Assembly (NCBI GenBank): GCA_903944345.1
Contig: CAJARJ010000014.1
Location: forward strand, 990 to 64,989
Length of the DNA: 64,000 nt
Origin: Candidatus Omnitrophota bacterium
GTDB taxonomy: Bacteria > Omnitrophota > Gorgyraeia > Zapsychrales > Fredricksoniimonadaceae
Reading direction: 5' to 3'
The translations under genes and the position numbers were made by a program. The notes under the pieces are model-generated. The model saw only the letters and a program-made list of their open reading frames with translations. It was not told the origin of the DNA and made no database searches. Shown one piece after another: positions 10,168 through 18,138 of this stretch; position 1 is the first letter of the stretch, and each line of letters starts with the position of its first letter.

Positions 10168-10196
10168 TTAGACAAATCCTGGCAGAAAAAAGTTAC
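10168..10196 (-). promoter_or_regulatory. RpoE-type ECF promoter GTAACTT-N16-GTCTAA, probably autoregulatory
   Basis: Matches the sigmaE-type consensus GGAACTT-N16-GTC(A/T)AA about 70 nt upstream of the ECF sigma start. Confidence 0.7.
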
Positions 10197-10301
10197 GGTA
10201 AAATGGAAATTTATCCTGCCACTGATACTAGCAAATATCCCCCCCGCCACCCAACACCTTCCTCTATTGTTTTCTCAGCCGGTTTCCGGCTATACTTGCT
10301 T

Positions 10302-13022
10302 ATGTTTCCCGGCACCTTACACACATTAATACGTCTTTTTCTCTGCTTTTGCCTCGTGGCGGTTTACCACCCATTCCCTGCGAGCTCCCAGTCTCAGTCT
10401 GTTGTCATAAAACATGATCCACAAACTTTAAGCGCGGATTTCTATCCTGAACAATTAAAAGCCATAACCGTATCGCTCCAAGATCCGCTGCATTTCGACT
10501 TTTATATCGACTCAAGGAATGAAAATTCTTCTGCCTCCGATGAGCAACGGCGTTACCTAGTCCTTATAAAAGATTTCTTTACCGCACTGACTATTCCTGA
10601 GACAGACATCTGGGTTAATCTTTCCCCTTTGGAACAAAATCGTATTATTGAAGAACGATTTGGTCTGACCGATACAGGAAGAGATCTTCTGGCACAGGAT
10701 TTGCTGCTCAAACAAATCGCCTCTGCCCTGCTTTATCCGGAAGACGCCTCCGGCCGCCATTTCTGGGATGAAGTCTACCGCAGAATATGGGAAGAATACG
10801 GAACAACCGATATTCCTGTTGATATTTTTAACCGGGTCTGGATCGTTCCTGAGCAGGCTGAAGTCTATCAGGAAGGCTCCTCGGCCATAATCCTTGAAGG
10901 ACATATGAAAGTCATGCTTGAAAAAGACTATCTGGCCTCGGATCTGTCTGCCGGAATTCGTTCCCATATGCCCCGTGCGCCCGATGAAAACAGCCAGACT
11001 ATCCCTGCAGAGGCTCTGCGTGAAATCATCATTCCTCTTCTGGAGAAAGAAGTCAATGAAGGCAAGACTTTCTTCCGTCTGCGGCAAATTTACCAGGCGC
11101 TGATCCTTTCCACCTGGTACAAAAAAACAATGCGCGAATCCTTTCTTGGTAAAACCTATGCTGACCGTTCCAAAACCGGAGGTATCCGGCAAACCGATCC
11201 GGAAGACAACCAGCGCATTTACAACCGCTATGTTGAAACATACCGCAAGGGGGCCTTTAACTTCATCCGTGAAGAAATTGACAGAAACAGCGGAGAACCA
11301 ATACAACGAAAATACTTTTCCGGCGGTTTTAGTGCTGAAAATTTTTCCCAAAAAGTCATTATCCGAAAGGAGTCAGATTTCGACGCCTCCCAGCCCCCCA
11401 AGCCTGGCCCGACCAAGCGAATAAAGAAAGTCTCGACTTCACTAAGACCATCTTCTGCCGATAATCCTTATCCATTTGATGAGGAAGTCCAAAGACTATC
11501 CAACACACTAAGAAACTTGCACCAACAAATTAAAAACGAGGATCTTGTAGCCAGTGCACAAGTTCTGGGCCCCGACCAGACAACTCTCAACGCTGTTCTG
11601 ACCCAGATCAAACAGAACGCCTCTAACGCGATAGACATTGTATTATCAAATGAGGAACAAAAAAACCTGGTCATGAGTGAATTAGCCGAAAAAATAGTTA
11701 ACGGTGAGAAAACAACCCTGCAATCCCTGCTTTTTGATGGCACTCATACAACAGAAGTTCTCCGGCATCTTCTGGCGGTTACCATGCTCGCCCGCCAGGA
11801 TGCTCCCGTGCCTACCGAAGAAATTCTAAAACTCATGGGGTTACGTGCCGGATCAGTCGCAGCAACCGCTGGTGTCATTGAAAATTCTCAGGATATCTAC
11901 GAACTGGAAGATCTCGAAAACGGATTATTCGGTCTTCTTAAAACAAGACCTTCGGGGCTTAAAGAACCCGGTATCGACCACACCGCCACCCTCCATCGTT
12001 TGCGAGCAGAAGAAGGTGTTTTCCGGTCTCATTTCGATCGCCCGACCCAGAGGCCGCCCTATTTCAAAAAAATCATCCAGGATGCCCAGCGACTGCTACC
12101 GCGTGCCCAGAAAATCGTCGACGTACTGACACATTTCGCGCGCGCTGTAGATCTGCGCGTAAAAACCGGATCGAGCGCCAGCAGAAAATCCAACCTCAAG
12201 CCTCTGATGGAAATATCTGACTTTATCGGAGGACGCGCCATTTACAAAGACCTCAGCGACATGGAAACACAGATTCAGCGGCTGCTTAACAGAACCTCCA
12301 ATGACAAAGTCGATATTCTGGATGAGTGGATAGATCGCGTTAAAGAAGAACAAGATGCTCTGGAGAAAAGATTAAGCCGGTTTAAAAAGACCTCTGCCCA
12401 ATACCAGGCACTCCAGCAGGAACTGGCAGATCACAATAACAGAAGACGCAACCTGATGAACTCAAAACCGCTTATGATCGAGTTTGATAACAAGTTCATG
12501 AGCAACCGCGACTCCTACTACAGAGCCATGCAGTTTCTTTTCGCGGTGGGAACCGGAACATGGACTTTTGAACTGCAAATGAAGACATTGCCAGCGGCAA
12601 TAACACAGGACATGGAACACACATTTTACAAAAACAAAAAGAAAAACTCTCCACTACTGTCCGCGATCAGACGACACAACCGCTTGGTCAATATCATTGA
12701 ACTCATCAACTACCTTTACAGCCGTCAGGATATCAACCCAAACTGGATTCTTTTTGAAATCAACAAACACCTGCCGCCACAAGGCGAAAAAACTTCCTCC
12801 GTCGACCCGGCAGCGGTTAGCGTAGCCAGTCCCACCGGAGGTATCGATGCCCGGCATATTGAAAACAAGGTGTTTCTCAGCGGTAGCAACGATATGCCAG
12901 CGCTAATTCAGGAGTTTCAGAATACAGACTATCCGGACGGCTTTGAAGCGGAAATCCTTTCCATCCACCCGGCGGATGATCTTTCATCCGTTTTTCCTGC
13001 ACAATATCCACTCGCCAAATGA
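10302..13022 (+). CDS. Exported multi-domain protein: signal peptide + conserved N-terminal module + RelA/SpoT-type synthetase domain + C-terminal GGID module
   Basis: Start at MFPGTL (hydrophobic leader ending ASS-Q). Module LTIPETDIWVNLSP..GRDLLAQD..NRVWIVP..RKYFSGG; synthetase motifs RVKTGSSASRK, ISDFIGGRAI, YYRAMQ, FELQMKT, EHTFYK; tail PTGGID..GFEAEILSIHP. Confidence 0.8.
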   Translation: MFPGTLHTLIRLFLCFCLVAVYHPFPASSQSQSVVIKHDPQTLSADFYPEQLKAITVSLQDPLHFDFYIDSRNENSSASDEQRRYLVLIKDFFTALTIPETDIWVNLSPLEQNRIIEERFGLTDTGRDLLAQDLLLKQIASALLYPEDASGRHFWDEVYRRIWEEYGTTDIPVDIFNRVWIVPEQAEVYQEGSSAIILEGHMKVMLEKDYLASDLSAGIRSHMPRAPDENSQTIPAEALREIIIPLLEKEVNEGKTFFRLRQIYQALILSTWYKKTMRESFLGKTYADRSKTGGIRQTDPEDNQRIYNRYVETYRKGAFNFIREEIDRNSGEPIQRKYFSGGFSAENFSQKVIIRKESDFDASQPPKPGPTKRIKKVSTSLRPSSADNPYPFDEEVQRLSNTLRNLHQQIKNEDLVASAQVLGPDQTTLNAVLTQIKQNASNAIDIVLSNEEQKNLVMSELAEKIVNGEKTTLQSLLFDGTHTTEVLRHLLAVTMLARQDAPVPTEEILKLMGLRAGSVAATAGVIENSQDIYELEDLENGLFGLLKTRPSGLKEPGIDHTATLHRLRAEEGVFRSHFDRPTQRPPYFKKIIQDAQRLLPRAQKIVDVLTHFARAVDLRVKTGSSASRKSNLKPLMEISDFIGGRAIYKDLSDMETQIQRLLNRTSNDKVDILDEWIDRVKEEQDALEKRLSRFKKTSAQYQALQQELADHNNRRRNLMNSKPLMIEFDNKFMSNRDSYYRAMQFLFAVGTGTWTFELQMKTLPAAITQDMEHTFYKNKKKNSPLLSAIRRHNRLVNIIELINYLYSRQDINPNWILFEINKHLPPQGEKTSSVDPAAVSVASPTGGIDARHIENKVFLSGSNDMPALIQEFQNTDYPDGFEAEILSIHPADDLSSVFPAQYPLAK

Positions 13023-13025
13023 AGG

Positions 13026-14588
13026 CTATTCCGGCCACAGACCAAGAATCCTTTCAACACGAAACATGCGCACCGCCTGGCGCAGCTCGCAGCGTGCCAG
13101 CATACCGCAAAAAGAAGTGTCTTTGTAACTCTGATCTCCTACCCTTTGCGGCCAGACCCTGCGCCGGGAAACTTCACCGTTATTGCTGAGATACTCAATC
13201 TCCAGAGAACTTCCCCGGGCGACGGCGTCCTCGATGATCCGGACTTTCTGCTCCCGGGATAATCGCAAAGAAACCTCTGGTTGCCTGAAAGAAAGCATAA
13301 AATCCACCACCCTCCAGTCTGTAAAAACATGCGCCCTGCGAATGGGGGTTTTTAACGCTATTCCCTCCAGGGTTCTTGCCCGGCTGAGCGCCACATACGT
13401 CTGCCCGTAAGCGAATGCGCCCCGCCCCATATCAATAATCACCCGGTCAAAGGTCTTGCCCTGACTCTTGTGAATCGTCACCGCCCAGGCCAGTTTAAGC
13501 GGATATTGACGGAATGTTCCGGCAACTTCAGCATCTATCTTGCGGGCCTCCGCATCCCAGGTATAGTCAAACATATCCCAGATATTAGGCGAAACTTCCA
13601 CTTCCTCACCATTCTCCAGGCGAACTATAACCAAAGGCTCAAGCCCCGATTTCTCAATAGCCGTCACCACTCCCATACTTCCATTAACCCAGCGCCCCTG
13701 GGAGTCGTTATTAAGCAACATCACCTGCGCGCCCTGCCTGAGCATGACCTCTTCATCCGCAGGGAAAGATGACGTTTTGAACGCACCTTCAATCTCGGCC
13801 CGCAAGCTGACCGTGCGTCCGCCAAGGCCGGACAAATAACGATGATTAATCTCCAAAGCCTGGGCATTGGCCGGAACCAGAGTCACCGTAAAACCGGCCC
13901 CCTCACCCCTGAAATCGGCCCCCAAACGGGAATTTAATATCGCCAGTTGCTCCTGGCTGACTTCATTGCTGCGGATGGCATTCAACACGGCAATAAAAGA
14001 GGCATCCTTTTGCCGATAAATCTTTTCCAGTTCAACCAGCGTCAGTTGTGTCCCGGAATGCTCCAGCCCCGGTGTCATGGCTTCAGCGCTGAAGAAATAC
14101 GGACTGGCATAGCGCCCCCTGAAAAGGTCTTTCTCATGGGGCAAAACTACCGGTGGAAGCTGATACAAATCGCCGATCAAAATTAGCTTGATACCACCAA
14201 ATGGGACTTTCTTGTCCCGCCCATTTTTGCGCAAGGACCGGTCGATGCAGTCCATAAGATCCGCGCGAACCATGGACACCTCATCGATCACGATCGCATC
14301 CAGCTCCCTCACCAGTTCTCTGCGGTCAGCGGGTAACCTGCGTACTTTTTCCGGAGTTATATCCGGCTTAAACTGGAAGAACGAATGAATCGTCTGTCCG
14401 CCTACATTAACCGCAGCCACACCGGTCGGGGCGAGCACAATGATGCGTCGGGAGGTATGCTCACGAAAATACTGAAGTAATGTCGATTTTCCTGTACCAG
14501 CCTTGCCTGTAATAAAAACATGCCGACCGGGAGTTTCCATAAGATCCAGGGCTTGTTTAAAACGGTCATTAATCTCGATCTGGCTCAT
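13026..14588 (-). CDS. Pif1/RecD-like SF1B DNA helicase with C-terminal WYL domain
   Basis: GKAGTGKS, APTGVAA, TIHSFF, DEVSM, GDLYQLPPV, AWAVTIHKSQG, YVALSR; tail IEY..GEVSRRRVWP..ARCELRQAVRMFRVERI. Confidence 0.9.
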   Translation of the reverse strand: MSQIEINDRFKQALDLMETPGRHVFITGKAGTGKSTLLQYFREHTSRRIIVLAPTGVAAVNVGGQTIHSFFQFKPDITPEKVRRLPADRRELVRELDAIVIDEVSMVRADLMDCIDRSLRKNGRDKKVPFGGIKLILIGDLYQLPPVVLPHEKDLFRGRYASPYFFSAEAMTPGLEHSGTQLTLVELEKIYRQKDASFIAVLNAIRSNEVSQEQLAILNSRLGADFRGEGAGFTVTLVPANAQALEINHRYLSGLGGRTVSLRAEIEGAFKTSSFPADEEVMLRQGAQVMLLNNDSQGRWVNGSMGVVTAIEKSGLEPLVIVRLENGEEVEVSPNIWDMFDYTWDAEARKIDAEVAGTFRQYPLKLAWAVTIHKSQGKTFDRVIIDMGRGAFAYGQTYVALSRARTLEGIALKTPIRRAHVFTDWRVVDFMLSFRQPEVSLRLSREQKVRIIEDAVARGSSLEIEYLSNNGEVSRRRVWPQRVGDQSYKDTSFCGMLARCELRQAVRMFRVERILGLWPE

Positions 14589-14604
14589 GAACGTCCCGGT
14601 TCCT

Positions 14605-15609
14605 TTATAATATCAGCATCGCATCGCCGTAACTGTAGAAACGGTATTTGTTCCTGACAGCTTCCTCGTAGGCATGGCGAATCAATTCAAGACCGCCCAG
14701 CGCACAAACCAGCATAAAAAGCGTGCTGCGCGGCAAATGGAAATTGGTTATCAATCCGTTTACAATATGAAAACGCTCCCCGGGATACAAAAAAAGACGT
14801 GTATCTCCGCGCACAGATGCATAGCGTGCATAGGACTCCAGCACCCGGCAACTGGTTGTACCGACCGCTATGACCGGACGGGAAGAATCGGATGCCTGGC
14901 GAATAAGTTTAAGTGCCGCCGGGCGAATATGATAATCCTCGCTATGCATTGGATGGGACACAACGTCCTGCGCTTCTACGGGTTTAAACGTACCGTAATT
15001 CACATGCAGCGTAACTTCAGCAAACGTATGTCCCGCCCGTTTGAGTTCGCTGATCAATGGACGGGTAAAATGTAAACCGGCCGTAGGGGCCGCTACTGAT
15101 CCGTTATGTTTCGCATAAACCGTCTGATAGTCTTTCCGGTCGGCCTCGTCATCCTCACGCGCAATATATGGTGGAAGAGGAATATGTCCGGTTTTCTCCA
15201 GGAATGCCGCCACATCATCCCGGTCAAACTCTACCAAGCGACGGGAACGATCAATCAGTCGGGCTTTGAGCCCTCCGGGAAAAACCAGAGGCTCCTCATC
15301 CCTGATCCGTCGTAATGGCCTGAGCATGGCCTCATAAACCCTGCCTTGGTGATGCCGCAGCAAAAACAGTTCGACCTCGCCTCCGGAACGCTCTTTAATC
15401 CCCAAAAGACGAGCCGGAATAACCCGGCTGTTATTAACAACCATAAGCGCGGCCTCGGGCAGATATCTCACAATATTGCGAAAAACATCGTGGTGCAATG
15501 TGCCGGTTGCGCGGTTAACCACCAGAAGTCGGGATGAATCTCTGGGATTAACCGGACGCTGGGCAATCAACTCCCGGGGAAGGTCATAGTCAAAATCAGA
15601 TATGTTCAT
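14605..15609 (-). CDS. queA: S-adenosylmethionine:tRNA ribosyltransferase-isomerase
   Basis: DFDYDLP.ELIAQ.P, GHIPLPPYI, GSVAAPTAGLHF, TNFHLPRSTL, YRFYSYGDAMLI. Confidence 0.97.
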   Translation of the reverse strand: MNISDFDYDLPRELIAQRPVNPRDSSRLLVVNRATGTLHHDVFRNIVRYLPEAALMVVNNSRVIPARLLGIKERSGGEVELFLLRHHQGRVYEAMLRPLRRIRDEEPLVFPGGLKARLIDRSRRLVEFDRDDVAAFLEKTGHIPLPPYIAREDDEADRKDYQTVYAKHNGSVAAPTAGLHFTRPLISELKRAGHTFAEVTLHVNYGTFKPVEAQDVVSHPMHSEDYHIRPAALKLIRQASDSSRPVIAVGTTSCRVLESYARYASVRGDTRLFLYPGERFHIVNGLITNFHLPRSTLFMLVCALGGLELIRHAYEEAVRNKYRFYSYGDAMLIL

Positions 15610-15656
15610 AATAACTGGCAGAAAAGACTCCGAAGAAAACTCAATCAAGCTTTTCC

Positions 15657-15685
15657 TTGAAAGCCGAAAAGATCAGGACTATATT
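15657..15685 (+). promoter_or_regulatory. sigma70-type promoter TTGAAA-N17-TATATT
   Basis: Near-consensus boxes, 17-nt spacer, about 55 nt upstream of ORF 15742. Confidence 0.55.
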
Positions 15686-15741
15686 CAAAGAAAGTTGCAA
15701 CGCCTCAAACATCTGTCAAAACATTAAAGGACTTTTCAGAA

Positions 15742-16104
15742 ATGAACTACGACAAAATCATGAATACGATCAAGCAGTGGGATAACCGCAGCAGTCAATG
15801 GTTCTTTCGTCATTTCTATCTCATGTTCTTTCAAATTATTCTGGTCGGAATTTTTGTAGTCTTTTTTATCTCGACCATCAACACCATTAACCTGGCTTCG
15901 GAAGTCAACAATGACTCCCTGATCGAACGTCTGCTTCTCTCACAAAATACAGTTCAGCTCATGATGATATTTTTGATGATCCTTAATTCTTTCTGGATGC
16001 TTATATTGCTGGCCAGCGTTTTTCGTGTCCGGTCTTTACTTAAAAACATCGATTTCAGCCTGTCACGCCGCTCGAACAACACACAAAAAGGGCGCGAGGA
16101 CTGA
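15742..16104 (+). CDS. Hypothetical two-TM membrane protein
   Basis: 120 aa, AAGGA RBS, two hydrophobic segments, own promoter candidate, convergent with ftsA. Confidence 0.75.
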   Translation: MNYDKIMNTIKQWDNRSSQWFFRHFYLMFFQIILVGIFVVFFISTINTINLASEVNNDSLIERLLLSQNTVQLMMIFLMILNSFWMLILLASVFRVRSLLKNIDFSLSRRSNNTQKGRED

Positions 16105-16114
16105 CCCCCTGGTA

Positions 16115-17362
16115 TCAAAAATATTCGTTGCAAATCTCGTCCAGTCTTGTTCGAAACGCCTGCCACCAGTCCTCCGGCTTGCGAGAGTCAAAAATGTATC
16201 GTTTACTTCCTTTATAAGCCGTCTCGGCGACACTGGTACAGGCACAAAATGCAGCCGCATTGTTCAAGCCATTGATCGGCCGCCCCAGCCTGACCGAAAG
16301 ACCGCAGGCTGATTCAACTCTCTCGGCCAGACCGGGTAAAAGACACCCTCCTCCGGTCATCACCATGCCCCCTTTGAACGCAGATGAAGTGCCCGCATCC
16401 CGGAGAGCTCCATTGATCAGGTCGACCAGCCTTACAACCTCTGTTTCAATTGTGTTGTTAAGCAAAAGCCTCTTGACCGGAACAAACGACTGCTCTTTTT
16501 TGATCAAAATCTCTTCATCCTCGAAAGAACTTTTTGCCTCGGAAACCCGCGCGTAGGAACGCTTGATATCTTCAGCCAGATCTCTCGCGACACCAAGGGT
16601 CTGGGCAATACGCAAGGTCATATCTTCGCCGCCAAAGTCCGACCGCACATAATTCTTGAGCAGACCATCCTTATAAACCAGAACCTGTGTGCTGCGGGCA
16701 CCAAGATCAACCAGAACCGCCCCGTCCAGCCGCTGACGCTTGTCCAGCAAAGCCTCCGAAAGAACATGCGCACCAAAAAAAATCTTGTTAACCTCGAACC
16801 CGGCCTGTTTGACTGCCTTGGAAATGTTACGCATGCGCGTAACATTGGTTACCGCCAAAAGAGACTCGACCTCAAGTTTGCGTCCGTAAAGTCCCAGTGG
16901 ATTAAGCGCTATATTGACATCATCAACCCGGAACTGCTGGACAAAATCATGCAGCACATCATCGTCCAGGCGAACCCCAAGTATCCTCGCCTGGGAACGT
17001 ACCCGGTCGATATCGTGCAGGGTGATAACCTTGTTGCCTCTTTCAGCCAAAGGAATAACCGCCCGGCTCGGACGCGTTTCGACAAGATCCCCTCCTACGG
17101 AAAGATACACATCCCGAAAACGAATCTGGGTCTTTTTGACCAGAATATCCACAGTGCTGCCTATGGCTGAAGAAAACTCGCTGATGTCGTTAACCGAAGT
17201 ATCCTGAAAGCCCTTTGTATCCAATTCGCTTACGGCCAGAAGATCAAGATCCTGAGGATTGCGCACATAAAAAAGACAAGCTTTAATCTTGCGCGAGCCT
17301 ATATCCAGTCCGCAGAAATAGGAATCATTAAAGAATTGCCCAATAACATTCCTGAAGTTCAT
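16115..17362 (-). CDS. ftsA: Cell division protein FtsA
   Basis: GLDIGSRKI, VDLGA, GGEDMT, TGGGCLLPG, C-terminal amphipathic helix; follows ftsQ. Confidence 0.9.
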   Translation of the reverse strand: MNFRNVIGQFFNDSYFCGLDIGSRKIKACLFYVRNPQDLDLLAVSELDTKGFQDTSVNDISEFSSAIGSTVDILVKKTQIRFRDVYLSVGGDLVETRPSRAVIPLAERGNKVITLHDIDRVRSQARILGVRLDDDVLHDFVQQFRVDDVNIALNPLGLYGRKLEVESLLAVTNVTRMRNISKAVKQAGFEVNKIFFGAHVLSEALLDKRQRLDGAVLVDLGARSTQVLVYKDGLLKNYVRSDFGGEDMTLRIAQTLGVARDLAEDIKRSYARVSEAKSSFEDEEILIKKEQSFVPVKRLLLNNTIETEVVRLVDLINGALRDAGTSSAFKGGMVMTGGGCLLPGLAERVESACGLSVRLGRPINGLNNAAAFCACTSVAETAYKGSKRYIFDSRKPEDWWQAFRTRLDEICNEYF

Positions 17363-18138
17363 GTTTTTCGCGCCTTCTTTTTGCCAATAACGGGTTCCCG
17401 AAAACGCAGGTCTATATAATTGATTTGGGAGAAATCAATCTCCTGATGAGACAACAGCATTTGCAAAATATTCAGCTGGGAAGAATATTTATCCAGATCA
17501 AGGTAAACATCCAGTTCCCCTTTCTGCGAATCAATCGAAGCGACAATACGAGTTTTATCCGCAACATTCAGGCTGGAAAGAGCGCTATCGAGCAGCACCG
17601 GGTTCTTTTTAAACTCCCCGATAATGGCTACCGCAGACTGGAAAACCGAATCCACAATCCGCTCCCCCGCGGCGGGACGTTGATCCTTTATGCCTTTAAC
17701 CAGAACCAAGTCTTCCGTAGCCTTGTCTGCTGGTCTGATAAGCCAGCCGTCACGATCCGCCAAAAATGTCTTGCCGGCCAACGTAACCTTGACAAAAGGA
17801 TCTCTTCTGACAGCCATCACCACAATCTGGTCAGGAAACCGGCGCAGAACCCTGATTTCGGCGAGCGACGAATGTTTTTCCCGCAGCCGGGACTCGATCT
17901 TGCGAATATCAACAGCGAAAATCCGCTGCCCCTTGATCTTTTGCAGCTCGGAGAGATCCATCTTCTGCAATTCTTCAGTCAGTACAATATCTTTAACCGC
18001 GAACACCGGAGAATTGCGCAGATAACCGGACACTCCCCAAACCAGAAAAATCCCGGTCGAAAGAATGATCAGCATTATAGCGCCGATGCGAACTCCCTCA
18101 ACGGAGGGCTGCCGCCGATCTTTCTTTCTTTTTACCAT
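17359..18138 (-). CDS. ftsQ: Cell division protein FtsQ/DivIB
   Basis: Basic N-terminus, one TM, POTRA (RRFPDQI), C-terminal YIDLRF. Confidence 0.88.
   Translation of the reverse strand: MVKRKKDRRQPSVEGVRIGAIMLIILSTGIFLVWGVSGYLRNSPVFAVKDIVLTEELQKMDLSELQKIKGQRIFAVDIRKIESRLREKHSSLAEIRVLRRFPDQIVVMAVRRDPFVKVTLAGKTFLADRDGWLIRPADKATEDLVLVKGIKDQRPAAGERIVDSVFQSAVAIIGEFKKNPVLLDSALSSLNVADKTRIVASIDSQKGELDVYLDLDKYSSQLNILQMLLSHQEIDFSQINYIDLRFREPVIGKKKARKT

Noticed and set aside
9930-10301. 124-aa N-terminal extension of the 1030-aa ORF
   Set aside because: It overlaps the ECF sigma gene and its promoter on the other strand; ATG 10302 gives a plausible signal peptide.
1-13022. TpsB, coiled-coil protein, MacAB-TolC and the effector as one secretion machine
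   Set aside because: They are separate transcription units, the effector has no visible TPS domain, and the efflux operon has its own ECF control; proximity is the only link.
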